Notes: generated by a model not told the origin, from the sequence alone. A stretch of 28,976 bases of DNA from a virus (IMGVR_UViG_3300005512_000238:1-28976); one strand, 5' to 3'. Shown: positions 16,751 to 26,311, counted from the first letter of the stretch. A program made the numbers and translations.

Positions 16751-17625
16751 GAGAAAATTGGGTGCAATAAATAGTTTAGCTCTCCATCGTCAAAGTTTGT
16801 GAACTCCTGCACGATTTCAAACTTCCCGCCTGTCAGCTCATTGATAACTGGCGCTTCTTTGCGCCAATACGTGCCGTTAAACTGCGTCAGCAAATCGCCG
16901 CAAATTGCATACTTTGTGACGCTTACTTTTTGGCTTAAAATCAAATCAACAACTCTGTTTGTTGTCCACTGGTAGCCGGTGTAAATGTGGTTTACTGCAA
17001 GCGTAGTGTTTGCTGGCACTATGCGCGTATTCCGCAAGCTGTATTTGCTCACTTCGTAGGTTTCCACATCGTTGATAAGCATCCAGCAAAGGTCACGCGC
17101 TGCTTGTTTTTGCGATGCAGTTAAGCCGCTCACTGAGTCAATGTAAGTAATAAAGTCGGCAACTTCGCTGGGGTTTGTGAAATCGTTGCTTGAAGCATTT
17201 GATTGGGATGTCGCCTTGTATGCTTCGACGGCCATCAGCAAGCGCTTTTTGTGCCCTGGCAAATTACTTCCGCTCGTTATGCGCGCGTCATTTAGCACGT
17301 TGAAATAGGGCGCTTCCCAGACGTATTTTTGTACCTTGTAAGGCGTGAATGTCCAGTTGTCGGTGTCTGGCGTGTCGGTTGTTGTTTGCTCCAGGCTGTT
17401 ATCGAGGCTTGCAAACGTTACCTCAAGCACACCGTAGCCGCCAGGCTCCTGTTGCACGTTAACGCGCGAGGCGTTGCCAACGTATGCCGCATTAGTTTTT
17501 GCCGCGTCGATGCTTGCCCATTGGCCCTTGTAGCGATAAACGCTCTCCCATCCGTTGCTCTCGCTGTAACTGCGTTCGATGTTTTCAACGGTCAGCGCTG
17601 TTGTTCCTCGGAATTGTAGACTCAT
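16747..17625 (-). CDS. Putative tail-tip/distal tail structural protein
   Basis: Immediately follows the tape measure gene and is translationally coupled to it. Confidence 0.6.
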   Translation of the reverse strand: MSLQFRGTTALTVENIERSYSESNGWESVYRYKGQWASIDAAKTNAAYVGNASRVNVQQEPGGYGVLEVTFASLDNSLEQTTTDTPDTDNWTFTPYKVQKYVWEAPYFNVLNDARITSGSNLPGHKKRLLMAVEAYKATSQSNASSNDFTNPSEVADFITYIDSVSGLTASQKQAARDLCWMLINDVETYEVSKYSLRNTRIVPANTTLAVNHIYTGYQWTTNRVVDLILSQKVSVTKYAICGDLLTQFNGTYWRKEAPVINELTGGKFEIVQEFTNFDDGELNYLLHPIFS

Positions 17626-18464
17626 CGGAAAATTAACGGCTTGGTGTTGGTGTCAATTGACTTCAAGGTTTTAGTTTGTTCTGCGAGTCGTTCATCCAGC
17701 TTGCGCTGCATTAAAGCGGACTGTCGCTCCTGCGGTGCGGTTGTTACGGCGCCCATATACGAACCCAATCCGCTGCCTATTAGGTCTGACCAGTATTTCA
17801 TCGCATAAACGCTATAGTCGGCAATATCGGCCTTTGTCTGCTCAAGTTCCCTATAAGCTGATGCAAATTCCCCGATTTGTTCGCCTTTGTATCTCACGCC
17901 GCTCAAGTCCAAGTTCTCGAAAAAGCCTTGCATAACTCCAAACGCTAAACGCTTGCCTGTGTCGCTCATGGTCTCGTCTAGGTCGCGCAAAATTTGCCCT
18001 TGTGACAATCCGCTTTTTGCCATGCCCGTGGCAAACTCGCGGAAAAGGTCCATTGGCTGTCGAATGCTTTTTGCACCCTCTTCAAATGTGACACCGTAGC
18101 GCTCAAATATTTTTTGCATTTCTTTACTGCCATCGATGGCGTCGTATTGCCGAACGTTTAGGTCGTTCATTGCATCAACCAAATCCTGCACATCCACACC
18201 AGCTAAACGCGCTTGCTTTCCTAGCGCCTGATATTCGTCAGTGGAAATCCCCAGCGCAAACGCTTCTCTTTGTATTTGTGCAGCGTCCCTGTAAAGGCCG
18301 CCAACGCTTCGCACTACATTTTCCAGCGCCATTGCACCAGCGATTTGGCCACCGACGCCTTTTATGGCGTCCTTGCTCCAACTGTTAAAGCTGGCGCGTG
18401 CTTTGGTTATGCCTGCGTTGAATGCGCGGATGTCTAGCCCAAGTTTGAAATTTAAAAAGCTCAA
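17622..18464 (-). CDS. Short tape measure protein
   Basis: N-terminal KLGLDIRAFNAGI, GISTDEYQAL..ARLAGVD, F..YGV and A/G-rich helices. Follows the tail tube and chaperone genes. Confidence 0.72.
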   Translation of the reverse strand: MSFLNFKLGLDIRAFNAGITKARASFNSWSKDAIKGVGGQIAGAMALENVVRSVGGLYRDAAQIQREAFALGISTDEYQALGKQARLAGVDVQDLVDAMNDLNVRQYDAIDGSKEMQKIFERYGVTFEEGAKSIRQPMDLFREFATGMAKSGLSQGQILRDLDETMSDTGKRLAFGVMQGFFENLDLSGVRYKGEQIGEFASAYRELEQTKADIADYSVYAMKYWSDLIGSGLGSYMGAVTTAPQERQSALMQRKLDERLAEQTKTLKSIDTNTKPLIFR

Positions 18465-19030
18465 GTTTGCGCCTCCGTTCGTGTTTGTTGAAGTTGCTGC
18501 AAAGCTGCTAATCCTGCGGCAAGTTCGCCGTGTATGATTTTTGCCCCGCCACGCATTTCGTTCCTTGCCAATATATCCCAGACCAATTGCCCAAAAGGAG
18601 CATCATTGATTTTGTCGGGTTGATAATTCAAATGCTCTAAAGCTGTTGAGCGTATAATTTGCAGCAACGGCGCACCATAACGCGCACCAGCTTCAACGCT
18701 ATCCTCGCTGCCTAATAGTTCGGGCAATTGTTGTGCCTGCAACGCGTATTCCATCGCTTCCGCAAGTGCCGCGTTTTTGTTGCGCGGCATTGGTTTTCGT
18801 GCGTAATACCATTGACCAACAGGCGATAAATACCAACCCAACCATTTGACGGCTTGCTCATACGTGCGCGAGCAAATGCCGATAAAGCAATGGAATTCAA
18901 GTGGCGTTATTATATCGTTAAGGCCGATGCGCTCCATTAGTAGAGCGTGACCAAATGACAATGGGCGCAACTTAGCGCCGGCCACGTAATGGTGACCTGG
19001 CGCACAAGTTTCTGCCCAAATGTTAGTCAT
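18461..19030 (-). CDS. Putative tail assembly chaperone
   Basis: Lies between the tail tube and TMP genes, with a G.KLRPLSFGH motif. Call is largely positional. Confidence 0.55.
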   Translation of the reverse strand: MTNIWAETCAPGHHYVAGAKLRPLSFGHALLMERIGLNDIITPLEFHCFIGICSRTYEQAVKWLGWYLSPVGQWYYARKPMPRNKNAALAEAMEYALQAQQLPELLGSEDSVEAGARYGAPLLQIIRSTALEHLNYQPDKINDAPFGQLVWDILARNEMRGGAKIIHGELAAGLAALQQLQQTRTEAQT

Positions 19031-19614
19031 TAGTTGGTGGTAGTGTCGGCGCCGCCGTGGACAACGTTCAGATATTCAATGGCTGATATAGACCACTCAG
19101 CATAGGATGCACTGCTGCGCGTTTTTTCTGCGCTGGTGATGGTAAAATCTCCCAAGCCTCCGCTTTGAGAGCCTATATTGTTTTCAGATGTGGGCGGTGT
19201 GTCACGCGCGTTAATTTCGCTCCATTCGTGATGGTTTATTTTTAGTCTGCACCCCGCATAATAATGCGCGGCAAACATTGAGTTCGCTTTGTCTATGGTG
19301 GCGTCTGTTCCTGATGGCACAGAATTAGCGACCGCGTTGGAAAGTATGACACCCGTCAAATTTAAAACTTTCCGCTGATTGTATGTGCAATGGCTAACCA
19401 CCTCTCCGTCTCCATTTGTTGACTGGTTTGTGTCGGCTTCGTAGCTTAACCTGATTTCACTTGCATACATTTCTCCGCGAAAAAGTGTTGTATCGCTGCC
19501 GCTGCTGTCGTCTATAATTTCAAGAGAAACAACGCCCTTAGGATTTGCACTCCCCGCCGTAACCGGTGTATGTGTGCCGAAAGTTATCGGCGTTCCTTTT
19601 GTAAATTTTGCCAT
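19030..19614 (-). CDS. Putative major tail (tube) protein
   Basis: Follows the tail terminator. S/T/G-rich, with NGDGEVVS...N and FTITSAEKTRS..SYAEWSISA. Confidence 0.6.
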   Translation of the reverse strand: MAKFTKGTPITFGTHTPVTAGSANPKGVVSLEIIDDSSGSDTTLFRGEMYASEIRLSYEADTNQSTNGDGEVVSHCTYNQRKVLNLTGVILSNAVANSVPSGTDATIDKANSMFAAHYYAGCRLKINHHEWSEINARDTPPTSENNIGSQSGGLGDFTITSAEKTRSSASYAEWSISAIEYLNVVHGGADTTTN

Positions 19615-19635
19615 AGTTTTGCTTATATTTAATTG

Positions 19636-20055
19636 TTAAAAATCGCCCAATGCTGCGGCCATTGAAAAAGAAATGCGCTCTGTCAAAATGCTTCCGTCAG
19701 TGTCACGCTCGATGCCTGAAATTTCGTTGATTCCAAAAATGTGCAAATCCGTAGATGTTTGATTGATGGCCATTAAGTCGGCGTAAATAATCGCTTCCTC
19801 GATGGCGTCCACAATCTCGTTGTGTGTCGCCATAGCGCCAGGTTGCGCTTCCTCCCCTATTTCGCTGGAGATGCTAATCTCCACGCTCAAATCCATGTTG
19901 CCAGTTCGCGGAGGGTTTTCTGTGCCGCCCGTAAATGCGACAACGACACAAGGCATTTCCTTGACTTGGTCGCTGGTGCCTGTATAAACAGGAACGCTTA
20001 CAAGCGCTTCGAGGTAGTCCTTAATCGTTTCTTCTGCTTGGCTTCGGTAGCTCAT
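19636..20055 (-). CDS. Putative tail terminator
   Basis: Acidic ~140 aa with VPVYTG....PCVVV, in the canonical position before the tail tube. Confidence 0.55.
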   Translation of the reverse strand: MSYRSQAEETIKDYLEALVSVPVYTGTSDQVKEMPCVVVAFTGGTENPPRTGNMDLSVEISISSEIGEEAQPGAMATHNEIVDAIEEAIIYADLMAINQTSTDLHIFGINEISGIERDTDGSILTERISFSMAAALGDF

Positions 20056-20720
20056 CCTATTTTTAATGAACTGGTGCTTCCAGTTCTGTCGATGGTCTTG
20101 ATTTCTTTAGGAATTTTCCTGCGCAAGTATTTGAGCATGTCGCGCGTTTCCTCATTCATTGCGGTTCTCAGCGCTTTTCTGGCGCCCCTGACGTTGCTGC
20201 TTGCTGAAGAGCCATGTTCTCCGCTCGCAGTTGGCTTCAAAGGTGAAATGCGTTTTTCTGGGCGGCCTTTACCTTTTGGCTTTCCGATTACTGGAGCGCG
20301 AGACCTGACACGGCGACGAGGATAAACAAATGGACCAATGTCATGCGCTACTCCTAACCATGCCGCCGCCATAAATGCGCGTCCCGCCACCCTGTGTTCA
20401 ATGGCGCGGTCAACGGCTTTTTGCATCGGTTTCCCCCAAAGCCCTTTCTTGCCCTGCTTGCCTCTGTGGTAATTCGTCAAAATGGCGGCCAATGGAACGC
20501 GTTTCTTTTTTCCGCCGCTTTTTGCGGGTTGAACATTTGCGCCTTTCATCATCTCTCTCCTGATTTTCTGAGCGCTCACTTTGGGCGTTTTGCTGGCAGC
20601 TTTCAGAGCAATGTTAAAAGCTCGCTTATTTACTTCGTTGCCAAAATTTCGCCCGCTGTGTTTGATGTATGCATCAAGCACTTTGTTGATTCTCGCAGTG
20701 TTTACTTCCAGCTTAATCAT
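20052..20720 (-). CDS. Basic neck/tail-completion protein (HK97 gp10/lambda Z-like position)
   Basis: Very K/R-rich and located between head-closure and terminator genes. Confidence 0.5.
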   Translation of the reverse strand: MIKLEVNTARINKVLDAYIKHSGRNFGNEVNKRAFNIALKAASKTPKVSAQKIRREMMKGANVQPAKSGGKKKRVPLAAILTNYHRGKQGKKGLWGKPMQKAVDRAIEHRVAGRAFMAAAWLGVAHDIGPFVYPRRRVRSRAPVIGKPKGKGRPEKRISPLKPTASGEHGSSASSNVRGARKALRTAMNEETRDMLKYLRRKIPKEIKTIDRTGSTSSLKIG

Positions 20721-21361
20721 TGCTTTTTCATAAGCCCAAATTCAAACGCGCTTCCCAGCGTAACGATGTTTTCAATTTTGTATCGCTTGCCATTGTTGGC
20801 TATTGTGGCGCCAACTATGGGTTGCACTGATGCGTTTACCCATTGCAGGCGCGAGCTGGTTAGCGTCACGTCATAGCCTTCAAGTAAACCACCGTCTTCG
20901 AGTTGGCGCGTCTCAGTGTTGCCACTCAACATGCCGCGAAAAATATTTCCTTGATAATCAAAAGTAACGCCTTGGATTTTCTCCAATGCCAATTGCTGCT
21001 CGAACGCTTGGCGCGTATGGGCGGCGCCTTTTTCGATGGTGTAGCTGCTTTGAAATTGGGTGTGCGGCACTGGGTTTTTATGGGAAACGCTGTGGAAGCA
21101 ATCGGTGCGCGTTGTGCCGCTTCCGTCTGGGACGTTAAGCGTGACTGTGTATGCGTCTTCCCACTCACCGCTTTCGTTGGTCCGCTGCACTGTATAAGCG
21201 CTCGCGCCGTATTGTGCCGCGTCAGCAGTGACCCTAAAAATGGTTTCACCAGCGGCAAATGTGTAACCCTCGCTCACTATTGTAAACGTGGTCGGCGTTT
21301 GGTGGTCGGCTTGTTCGTAAAGCCACCCGCTGCGCAGATTTATGATGCGGTTGTTTGCCAT
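20717..21361 (-). CDS. Head-closure (gpFII-like) protein with N-terminal extra domain
   Basis: The C-terminal ~100 aa (VTFDYQG...LEDGG...PIVGATIANNGKRYKI) resemble head-closure beta-barrels. The N-terminal ~110 aa are an extra beta-rich domain. Confidence 0.55.
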   Translation of the reverse strand: MANNRIINLRSGWLYEQADHQTPTTFTIVSEGYTFAAGETIFRVTADAAQYGASAYTVQRTNESGEWEDAYTVTLNVPDGSGTTRTDCFHSVSHKNPVPHTQFQSSYTIEKGAAHTRQAFEQQLALEKIQGVTFDYQGNIFRGMLSGNTETRQLEDGGLLEGYDVTLTSSRLQWVNASVQPIVGATIANNGKRYKIENIVTLGSAFEFGLMKKQ

Positions 21362-21364
21362 AGG

Positions 21365-21414
21365 GAAATGGCGGCGCCCAGGATAACCAAAAACCTAAGC
21401 GCCGCCCGTTTTTA
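21365..21414. terminator. GC-rich hairpin after the capsid genes (terminator/attenuator or mRNA stabiliser)
   Basis: GGCGGCGC (21370-21377) pairs with GCGCCGCC (21399-21406). T-tract on the + side and ATTTCCCT on the minus side. Confidence 0.55.
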
Positions 21415-21639
21415 CTACCCTTTTTTGCTGGAAGTCTTTTTGGGCTTTTCCGAAATGGCAATGTCGGCGCGTTTCCAGTATGGCGGCTTACGGTAAACGG
21501 CAGCGCTGACATATTTGCCGCTGGGATTTTCGCGCTCGTTGGTGAACGCTTGCTTGCATGTCTCAGCGTCCCCGATTGCGATAATGTGAGGCGCTCCGCT
21601 GGCGTCAATGCCGACGCAAAATGAAGGTTTGATAATCAT
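21415..21639 (-). CDS. Small hypothetical protein following the capsid genes
   Basis: 74 aa with a lysine-rich C-terminus, starting 4 nt after the MCP2 stop. Confidence 0.7.
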   Translation of the reverse strand: MIIKPSFCVGIDASGAPHIIAIGDAETCKQAFTNERENPSGKYVSAAVYRKPPYWKRADIAISEKPKKTSSKKG

Positions 21640-21643
21640 GTTT

Positions 21644-22528
21644 TTAAATGTCGGTGATTCTAATCAGTGAATTTGTTAGCCCTTTTGCAACTCCATAAAG
21701 TATGCCGCAAGTGATGTAATACTTACCCTCGCGCGGGCTGAAAAATTTTCTAAATTGTATAGGCAAACCTGTGCGCGGCTCTATAACGTCAAGTATTTCC
21801 GCGCCGCCATAAGTTGGTCGCGCAATCTGTCGCGCTGCTATGCAAAGAGCGCTTGGGTGCGCGTAAAAGCCTTGTAAATTGTTTGCCGTTGGGATGCCCT
21901 GATATTCGGAAATACCAAAACCGTGGACGGTGGAAATGACGTTTTCCTGAATCGGAAGCGGATTTCCAAATGCGCTTGCAACCCCGATAGCCCCATCTTT
22001 TGACAAGCTGGAAGTGTATTGTGGGTTAAGCATACAGCTCCGCAAGCCGCGCGGCACTTTGTTTGTCGTCATGGTTGCCGCCGCATCTGCTAAATCATCG
22101 GAATCAAAATTGACGGCGGTGCGCACTTGTTTGGCTGGGAAATTTGATGGCGTAACAAGCGCCAGTAAATCGTCGGCGACTGCTTTTGCTGTGGCGTCAA
22201 TGGCTGGACGCGTGAAAACGCGTTCGAGTATGGTGGCGCTTTTTGCTTTGGAGATTTCAAACTCCGTAAACGCCATTGAAAAGCCCTTAAAATTCGAAAG
22301 TTCAATTTCGATTTCGGTGCTTGTCACATCGCCGGCCGTATAGCCATTGGACAAATCAAGCACTGAAACACTGGCAGGAACGCGGGTGATTGTGCGGTCC
22401 CCACGCTCTCGGATGCTGTCGCTAAAATTGCGTGCAAACAGCGAGAACATCCAAAAATTATCACCTAACAAATCAAGCGTTTGCTCGCTGACCTGTTCGA
22501 GTGTAACTCCTGCCAGTGTGTTGCTCAT
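21644..22528 (-). CDS. Major capsid protein paralogue 2 (HK97 fold, P22-coat-like)
   Basis: Collinear with 22534..23421 along its whole length (FARNFSD, TRVP, DVTST, VHGF, HPSAL, TGLPIQ, LYGVA). Confidence 0.82.
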   Translation of the reverse strand: MSNTLAGVTLEQVSEQTLDLLGDNFWMFSLFARNFSDSIRERGDRTITRVPASVSVLDLSNGYTAGDVTSTEIEIELSNFKGFSMAFTEFEISKAKSATILERVFTRPAIDATAKAVADDLLALVTPSNFPAKQVRTAVNFDSDDLADAAATMTTNKVPRGLRSCMLNPQYTSSLSKDGAIGVASAFGNPLPIQENVISTVHGFGISEYQGIPTANNLQGFYAHPSALCIAARQIARPTYGGAEILDVIEPRTGLPIQFRKFFSPREGKYYITCGILYGVAKGLTNSLIRITDI

Positions 22529-22533
22529 ATTAA

Positions 22534-23421
22534 TTAAGCGGATTTGATGCGCTTGAGTGCGGCCCCATTGCCAACGGCTACACCATAGAGAACGCCCATT
22601 GTCAGGTAGTGCTTGCCGGCCACGTTGTCGTAGAATGTGCGCAACTGAATAGGCAACCCGGTTGATGGGTCAACAATGTCTTGAACGTTTACGCTACCGT
22701 CCGCAGGCGCGGCAGGTGTGCGGGCAGCCAGCAACAAAGCGGACGGATGCAGCGCAATGGCTGCCAAGTTCTCGCTATTTGTTGGAATGCCGGTGTATTC
22801 GTAGAGGCTGAAACCGTGAACACGTTGAGCAGCGTTTTCCTGAACCGCCGATGCTGCGCCATAGCTGGAAGCGTCCTGAACGATGGCATCCTTCTGCACG
22901 CTGGCATAGTAGCTAGGCGGCAGAATAAGGGCGCGCTCGCTTTTTGGCACTTTGGCAGTCGTCAAATCTGCGGCCAAATCGGCTACTTCGTCAGCGTCAA
23001 AGTTGGCGGCGGTAATGACTTCGTTGGCGGTGTAGTTTGCGTTTAGAACCAATGCCAGCAAATCGTCCATGACGGCGTCAAGCGTGACTTCCAAAGCGGG
23101 TGCCAGGAAGACGGAAGACAGCCAATCAAAATTTCCGCTTTTGGAAACTTCCATGTCGGTGAAGGCCATGCTGTAACCCTTGAATTTGTTCAAGGTGATG
23201 GTCTTCGCTGTGCTGGTGACATCGCTGGCAGTGTAGCCACTTGAGAGGTCAGATGCGGTCATGCTGGAAGGAACGCGAGTGGTTACGCTTTCCCCCTGCC
23301 CAGAAATTTCATCAGAAAAATCACGAGCAAATGCTCGCAATGGATGAAATTGTGTTGATAAGTAGTCAAGACTTTGCTCGGCTACTGCGGCCAAATTAAT
23401 GCCGTTGAGTGTGTTAGCCAT
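22534..23421 (-). CDS. Major capsid protein (HK97 fold, P22-coat-like)
   Basis: Follows the protease and scaffold. MANTL, RDFS, G.SV..RVP, KVP..R.LIL.P..Y, GF.LYE, HPSAL..AAR and LYGV motifs. Confidence 0.88.
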   Translation of the reverse strand: MANTLNGINLAAVAEQSLDYLSTQFHPLRAFARDFSDEISGQGESVTTRVPSSMTASDLSSGYTASDVTSTAKTITLNKFKGYSMAFTDMEVSKSGNFDWLSSVFLAPALEVTLDAVMDDLLALVLNANYTANEVITAANFDADEVADLAADLTTAKVPKSERALILPPSYYASVQKDAIVQDASSYGAASAVQENAAQRVHGFSLYEYTGIPTNSENLAAIALHPSALLLAARTPAAPADGSVNVQDIVDPSTGLPIQLRTFYDNVAGKHYLTMGVLYGVAVGNGAALKRIKSA

Positions 23422-23427
23422 ATATTT

Positions 23428-23847
23428 CTAGTGTTTGTTTTTGATGTTTTTTAGATAAAAAGCGCGGCGTTCATCTTTGCCTTCTATGGCATTGTATTGC
23501 TGCCATAGCGCCTCAAGGCTCAATGCCGGTGCTTCCTCTTCGGTGGCTTCCTCAACTGGAGCGTCTACGCCAACGCTTGCCGCAATTTCAACGGCCTTTT
23601 CGTCTGCGCTCTTTTGCTGCTCTTCAAGAAGCAAATTGGTCTCTTCCAAAACCTTGATTTTGCTTTCAAGGCTTTCTATGTCTTGGGCGTGTTGTGCGCC
23701 CAGTTTGGCAACTTCCGCAGCATGAGAAGCGCTTGCTTCTTCAAGGCGGGTTTGCAGTGTTTGGTTCGCAGCAGTTGCTTCGTCCAGCTTGCCAGCCAAA
23801 TTTGACAACTCTACGTTTGCTTTTACTAAATCGAGTATTGTTTTCAT
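23428..23847 (-). CDS. Putative capsid scaffolding protein
   Basis: Acidic coiled coil with a short C-terminal helix pair (LWQQYNAI...ERRAFY). Lies between protease and MCP. Confidence 0.65.
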   Translation of the reverse strand: MKTILDLVKANVELSNLAGKLDEATAANQTLQTRLEEASASHAAEVAKLGAQHAQDIESLESKIKVLEETNLLLEEQQKSADEKAVEIAASVGVDAPVEEATEEEAPALSLEALWQQYNAIEGKDERRAFYLKNIKNKH

Positions 23848-23851
23848 GTGT

Positions 23852-24631
23852 TTATAAATTTGCCATCAACCCAATGACTTCGTTCAAATCGTTCACCACA
23901 CCGTCAGCAAGCCCAGCTTCAACCGCTTCCATTCCCTCGTAGGTTTGGCCGGTCATACTGGATTGAGGCACTGTGCGTTTATTGTTTATCTCTTCCTTAA
24001 AGCGTTCGTGCCACTTGTTGACGTTTGCTTGCAGCCGCTCCCGCGCTTCCTCGCTCAGTGGCTTGAAGTCAGCATAGTCCAGCTTGTTTTCTCCTGCGCT
24101 GACTGCGTTGACTTTTAGCCCCATTTGGCGCAGGTATTCGGTTTGGTCTAAAAGCGCCACGTAAACTCCAACGCTCCCCACCTCGGCGCTCTCGCTAAGA
24201 AGCACACTGTCCGCTTGGCTCGCTATCCAATATGCGGCGCTGGCGGCTGTGCCTTCGGTGTATGCCACCAATGGTTTGCTGACGTTGCGCAGTTTCGCGG
24301 CCAACTCGGGAAGCCCCGTAATGGTTCCGCCTGGGGAATCAATGTGCAGCAAAATAGAGTTGATGTTTGGGTTTGCGTCTGCATCTGCTACCTGTTCGGC
24401 TATGTCGTCGTAGTCGGTCATTCCAAACATGCGCTCGTAATCGGTTAGCATTTTGCCAACGGCGCCGTGAATGTGGATAATAGCAACGCCGCTTTCCTCT
24501 TCTGGGCGCGGCAAATCGTAACCGTTGCCGCTGTATTCATGCTCATCCAACTGCGTTGCCAGCGCGCGGTGGTAGTCGGGCAGAATGGCCCAAACGTCAT
24601 TGTTTAGTTTATGCGTCAGTTTCGCTGTCAT
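23852..24631 (-). CDS. Head maturation protease, S49/SppA family (lambda gpC-like)
   Basis: IDSPGG, AASAAYWIASQAD, VGSVGV and EAVEAGLAD motifs. Confidence 0.93.
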   Translation of the reverse strand: MTAKLTHKLNNDVWAILPDYHRALATQLDEHEYSGNGYDLPRPEEESGVAIIHIHGAVGKMLTDYERMFGMTDYDDIAEQVADADANPNINSILLHIDSPGGTITGLPELAAKLRNVSKPLVAYTEGTAASAAYWIASQADSVLLSESAEVGSVGVYVALLDQTEYLRQMGLKVNAVSAGENKLDYADFKPLSEEARERLQANVNKWHERFKEEINNKRTVPQSSMTGQTYEGMEAVEAGLADGVVNDLNEVIGLMANL

Positions 24632-26057
24632 TATCAAAAACTGGGTTTGGCGTGCGCTGGCTTAACAAATGCAACGCGGTGTCCATTTTAATTTCGTAGG
24701 TTTCAGAAAGACGCTTTGCCCGCTCAAGTAAGTCGCTTGCTTCGCGCTCTACTTGGTTGCGGATGTCCTGCCAGTCATGGCCGCGTTCGCCTGTGTCTTC
24801 GCGCATGGTGCGCAAGCCCATCTTTATGGCGTCTTGATTGGCCTTAGATTCTCGCCCTAAATCAACGGTGATTTTTTTTGGTGCTTGCCAATTGACGCGC
24901 CACCAATCACTGCTTGTTGGCAAGTCGCCACGCTTGATGCCTCGCGCGATAACCCAGCCCCAGACGCGGTTGCACAATCGGCTGGTGATAAGAGCTTGGC
25001 GCTCTTCAAATCTTCGTGCGGCTTTTTCGAGGATAAACCTTGAAGCGGTTCCCTGCTTTGATGGTTCCACGATGAATTCGTAAGGAACGCCAAGCCCTAA
25101 AGCAACGTCTCTTAAAAGGTATTCCAAAAACCCAGCAAAGGCGGCGCTTGGTTTGTTGCTCGCGAAACTCTCTATTGATTCGCCAATCTTAAGGCGTGGA
25201 ACCATGCCAGGCTGAAATGTGTCCCATGCCACTGTGCCCGTATCGGCGGCACTATATCCGTCTTCAATGAGGCTGCTGCCATCGTCTGCGATGCCACCTT
25301 GCGTGGTAATGGCCATGCCTATGGCGCTGTTCATTTTGACACCAACCTTTTCAAATTCGAGGATGTCGGTCGCATCACGAATGTGGTCGATTGCGTGCGC
25401 TAGCGCCGAAACGCCGCGCAATTGGGCAACGCGGTCGGGGTCATAAACTAGGATAAAATTGTTTGCTGAAATGCTGCGAAACTCATCTCCGCTTTTGACG
25501 TTGTATGCTGTCGGTTTTCCGCTTGGGCTAACCATTACGCCGTCATGGCCTGCCTCATTATATTTCAATGATTCGCTGGCGATATTGTGAGATTCAATTA
25601 ATTGCAGTCGAGGAAAAGCGTCCTGCCTGCCAATCATCAAAAAGCCGATGTCACCGTCAACGTCCATTCGGATGGATGCCATCCGCTGCATTTGGGCAAA
25701 TGTAAATTGGCCCGCAACATCACAAACTTTGCTCCATTCGGCGAAATAGTCTTCGTATGCTTTCGCTTCGGCGCTTTGGCTTTGTGGTGTCAATCCTGTG
25801 CCTAGTGCGTATCGCGCAACGTCATTCACCGCGCCCCTGACCATTCCGTGATTTGCATACAGCCACCGCGAAAATGCCATCAACCGGCGGCGCGTGCCTC
25901 GATTCAGCGTTTGATTTATGTCGGCGGCAATGTATGGCAGCGAAGTGCGGAATCGGTTTGATTCGGTGCCGCGGTAATGGCCGTTGATGGTTGCGCGTTT
26001 TCGCGGTTGGGGCGCCGCAACAATTGGTCTGCCGTTGTGGTCTACAATTTCGCTCAT
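24609..26057 (-). CDS. Portal protein, lambda family
   Basis: SRWLYAN, GTGLTPQ, VDGD, LQLIES, QLRGVS, L..GE, ALGLGVPYE and G.DW motifs. Confidence 0.93.
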   Translation of the reverse strand: MSEIVDHNGRPIVAAPQPRKRATINGHYRGTESNRFRTSLPYIAADINQTLNRGTRRRLMAFSRWLYANHGMVRGAVNDVARYALGTGLTPQSQSAEAKAYEDYFAEWSKVCDVAGQFTFAQMQRMASIRMDVDGDIGFLMIGRQDAFPRLQLIESHNIASESLKYNEAGHDGVMVSPSGKPTAYNVKSGDEFRSISANNFILVYDPDRVAQLRGVSALAHAIDHIRDATDILEFEKVGVKMNSAIGMAITTQGGIADDGSSLIEDGYSAADTGTVAWDTFQPGMVPRLKIGESIESFASNKPSAAFAGFLEYLLRDVALGLGVPYEFIVEPSKQGTASRFILEKAARRFEERQALITSRLCNRVWGWVIARGIKRGDLPTSSDWWRVNWQAPKKITVDLGRESKANQDAIKMGLRTMREDTGERGHDWQDIRNQVEREASDLLERAKRLSETYEIKMDTALHLLSQRTPNPVFDNDSETDA

Positions 26058-26311
26058 CGCGCAAACCTTGCAAAAGTCATTCGTGTTGGTTTAGTGGCGC
26101 CGTTGGCTAGTCCCTTAGCAATCAAAACCGTGGTTAATTGTGCGGCTAGTTCGTCGGTGGGCATAACGAGCTGCATACTGCCGCTTTGTGATGCGTTGCT
26201 AAAAGAGACGGTGACACTACCTGCCAAAATAGCGTCAGCTACCCTTTCCTTTAGAGTCAAAAGGTAGCCATCGCTCTGCAAATTGAGAAATGCGGTGATG
26301 TCGCTTGCCAT
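26054..26311 (-). CDS. gpW-like head-tail adaptor
   Basis: Small protein between terL and portal with helix-hairpin-helix (AILAGSVTVSFS) organisation. Confidence 0.6.
   Translation of the reverse strand: MASDITAFLNLQSDGYLLTLKERVADAILAGSVTVSFSNASQSGSMQLVMPTDELAAQLTTVLIAKGLANGATKPTRMTFARFAR

Noticed and set aside
18770-18790. C-AAA-AAC in the tail chaperone as a G/GT frameshift site
   Set aside because: Not a full XXXYYYZ heptamer, and the ORF already runs in frame up to the TMP start.
22529-22670. Possible -1 frameshift fusing MCP1 to MCP2 (T7 10A/10B-like); the -1 frame is open for ~45 codons upstream of MCP2
   Set aside because: No canonical slippery heptamer was seen, and MCP2 has its own ATG homologous to the MCP1 start.
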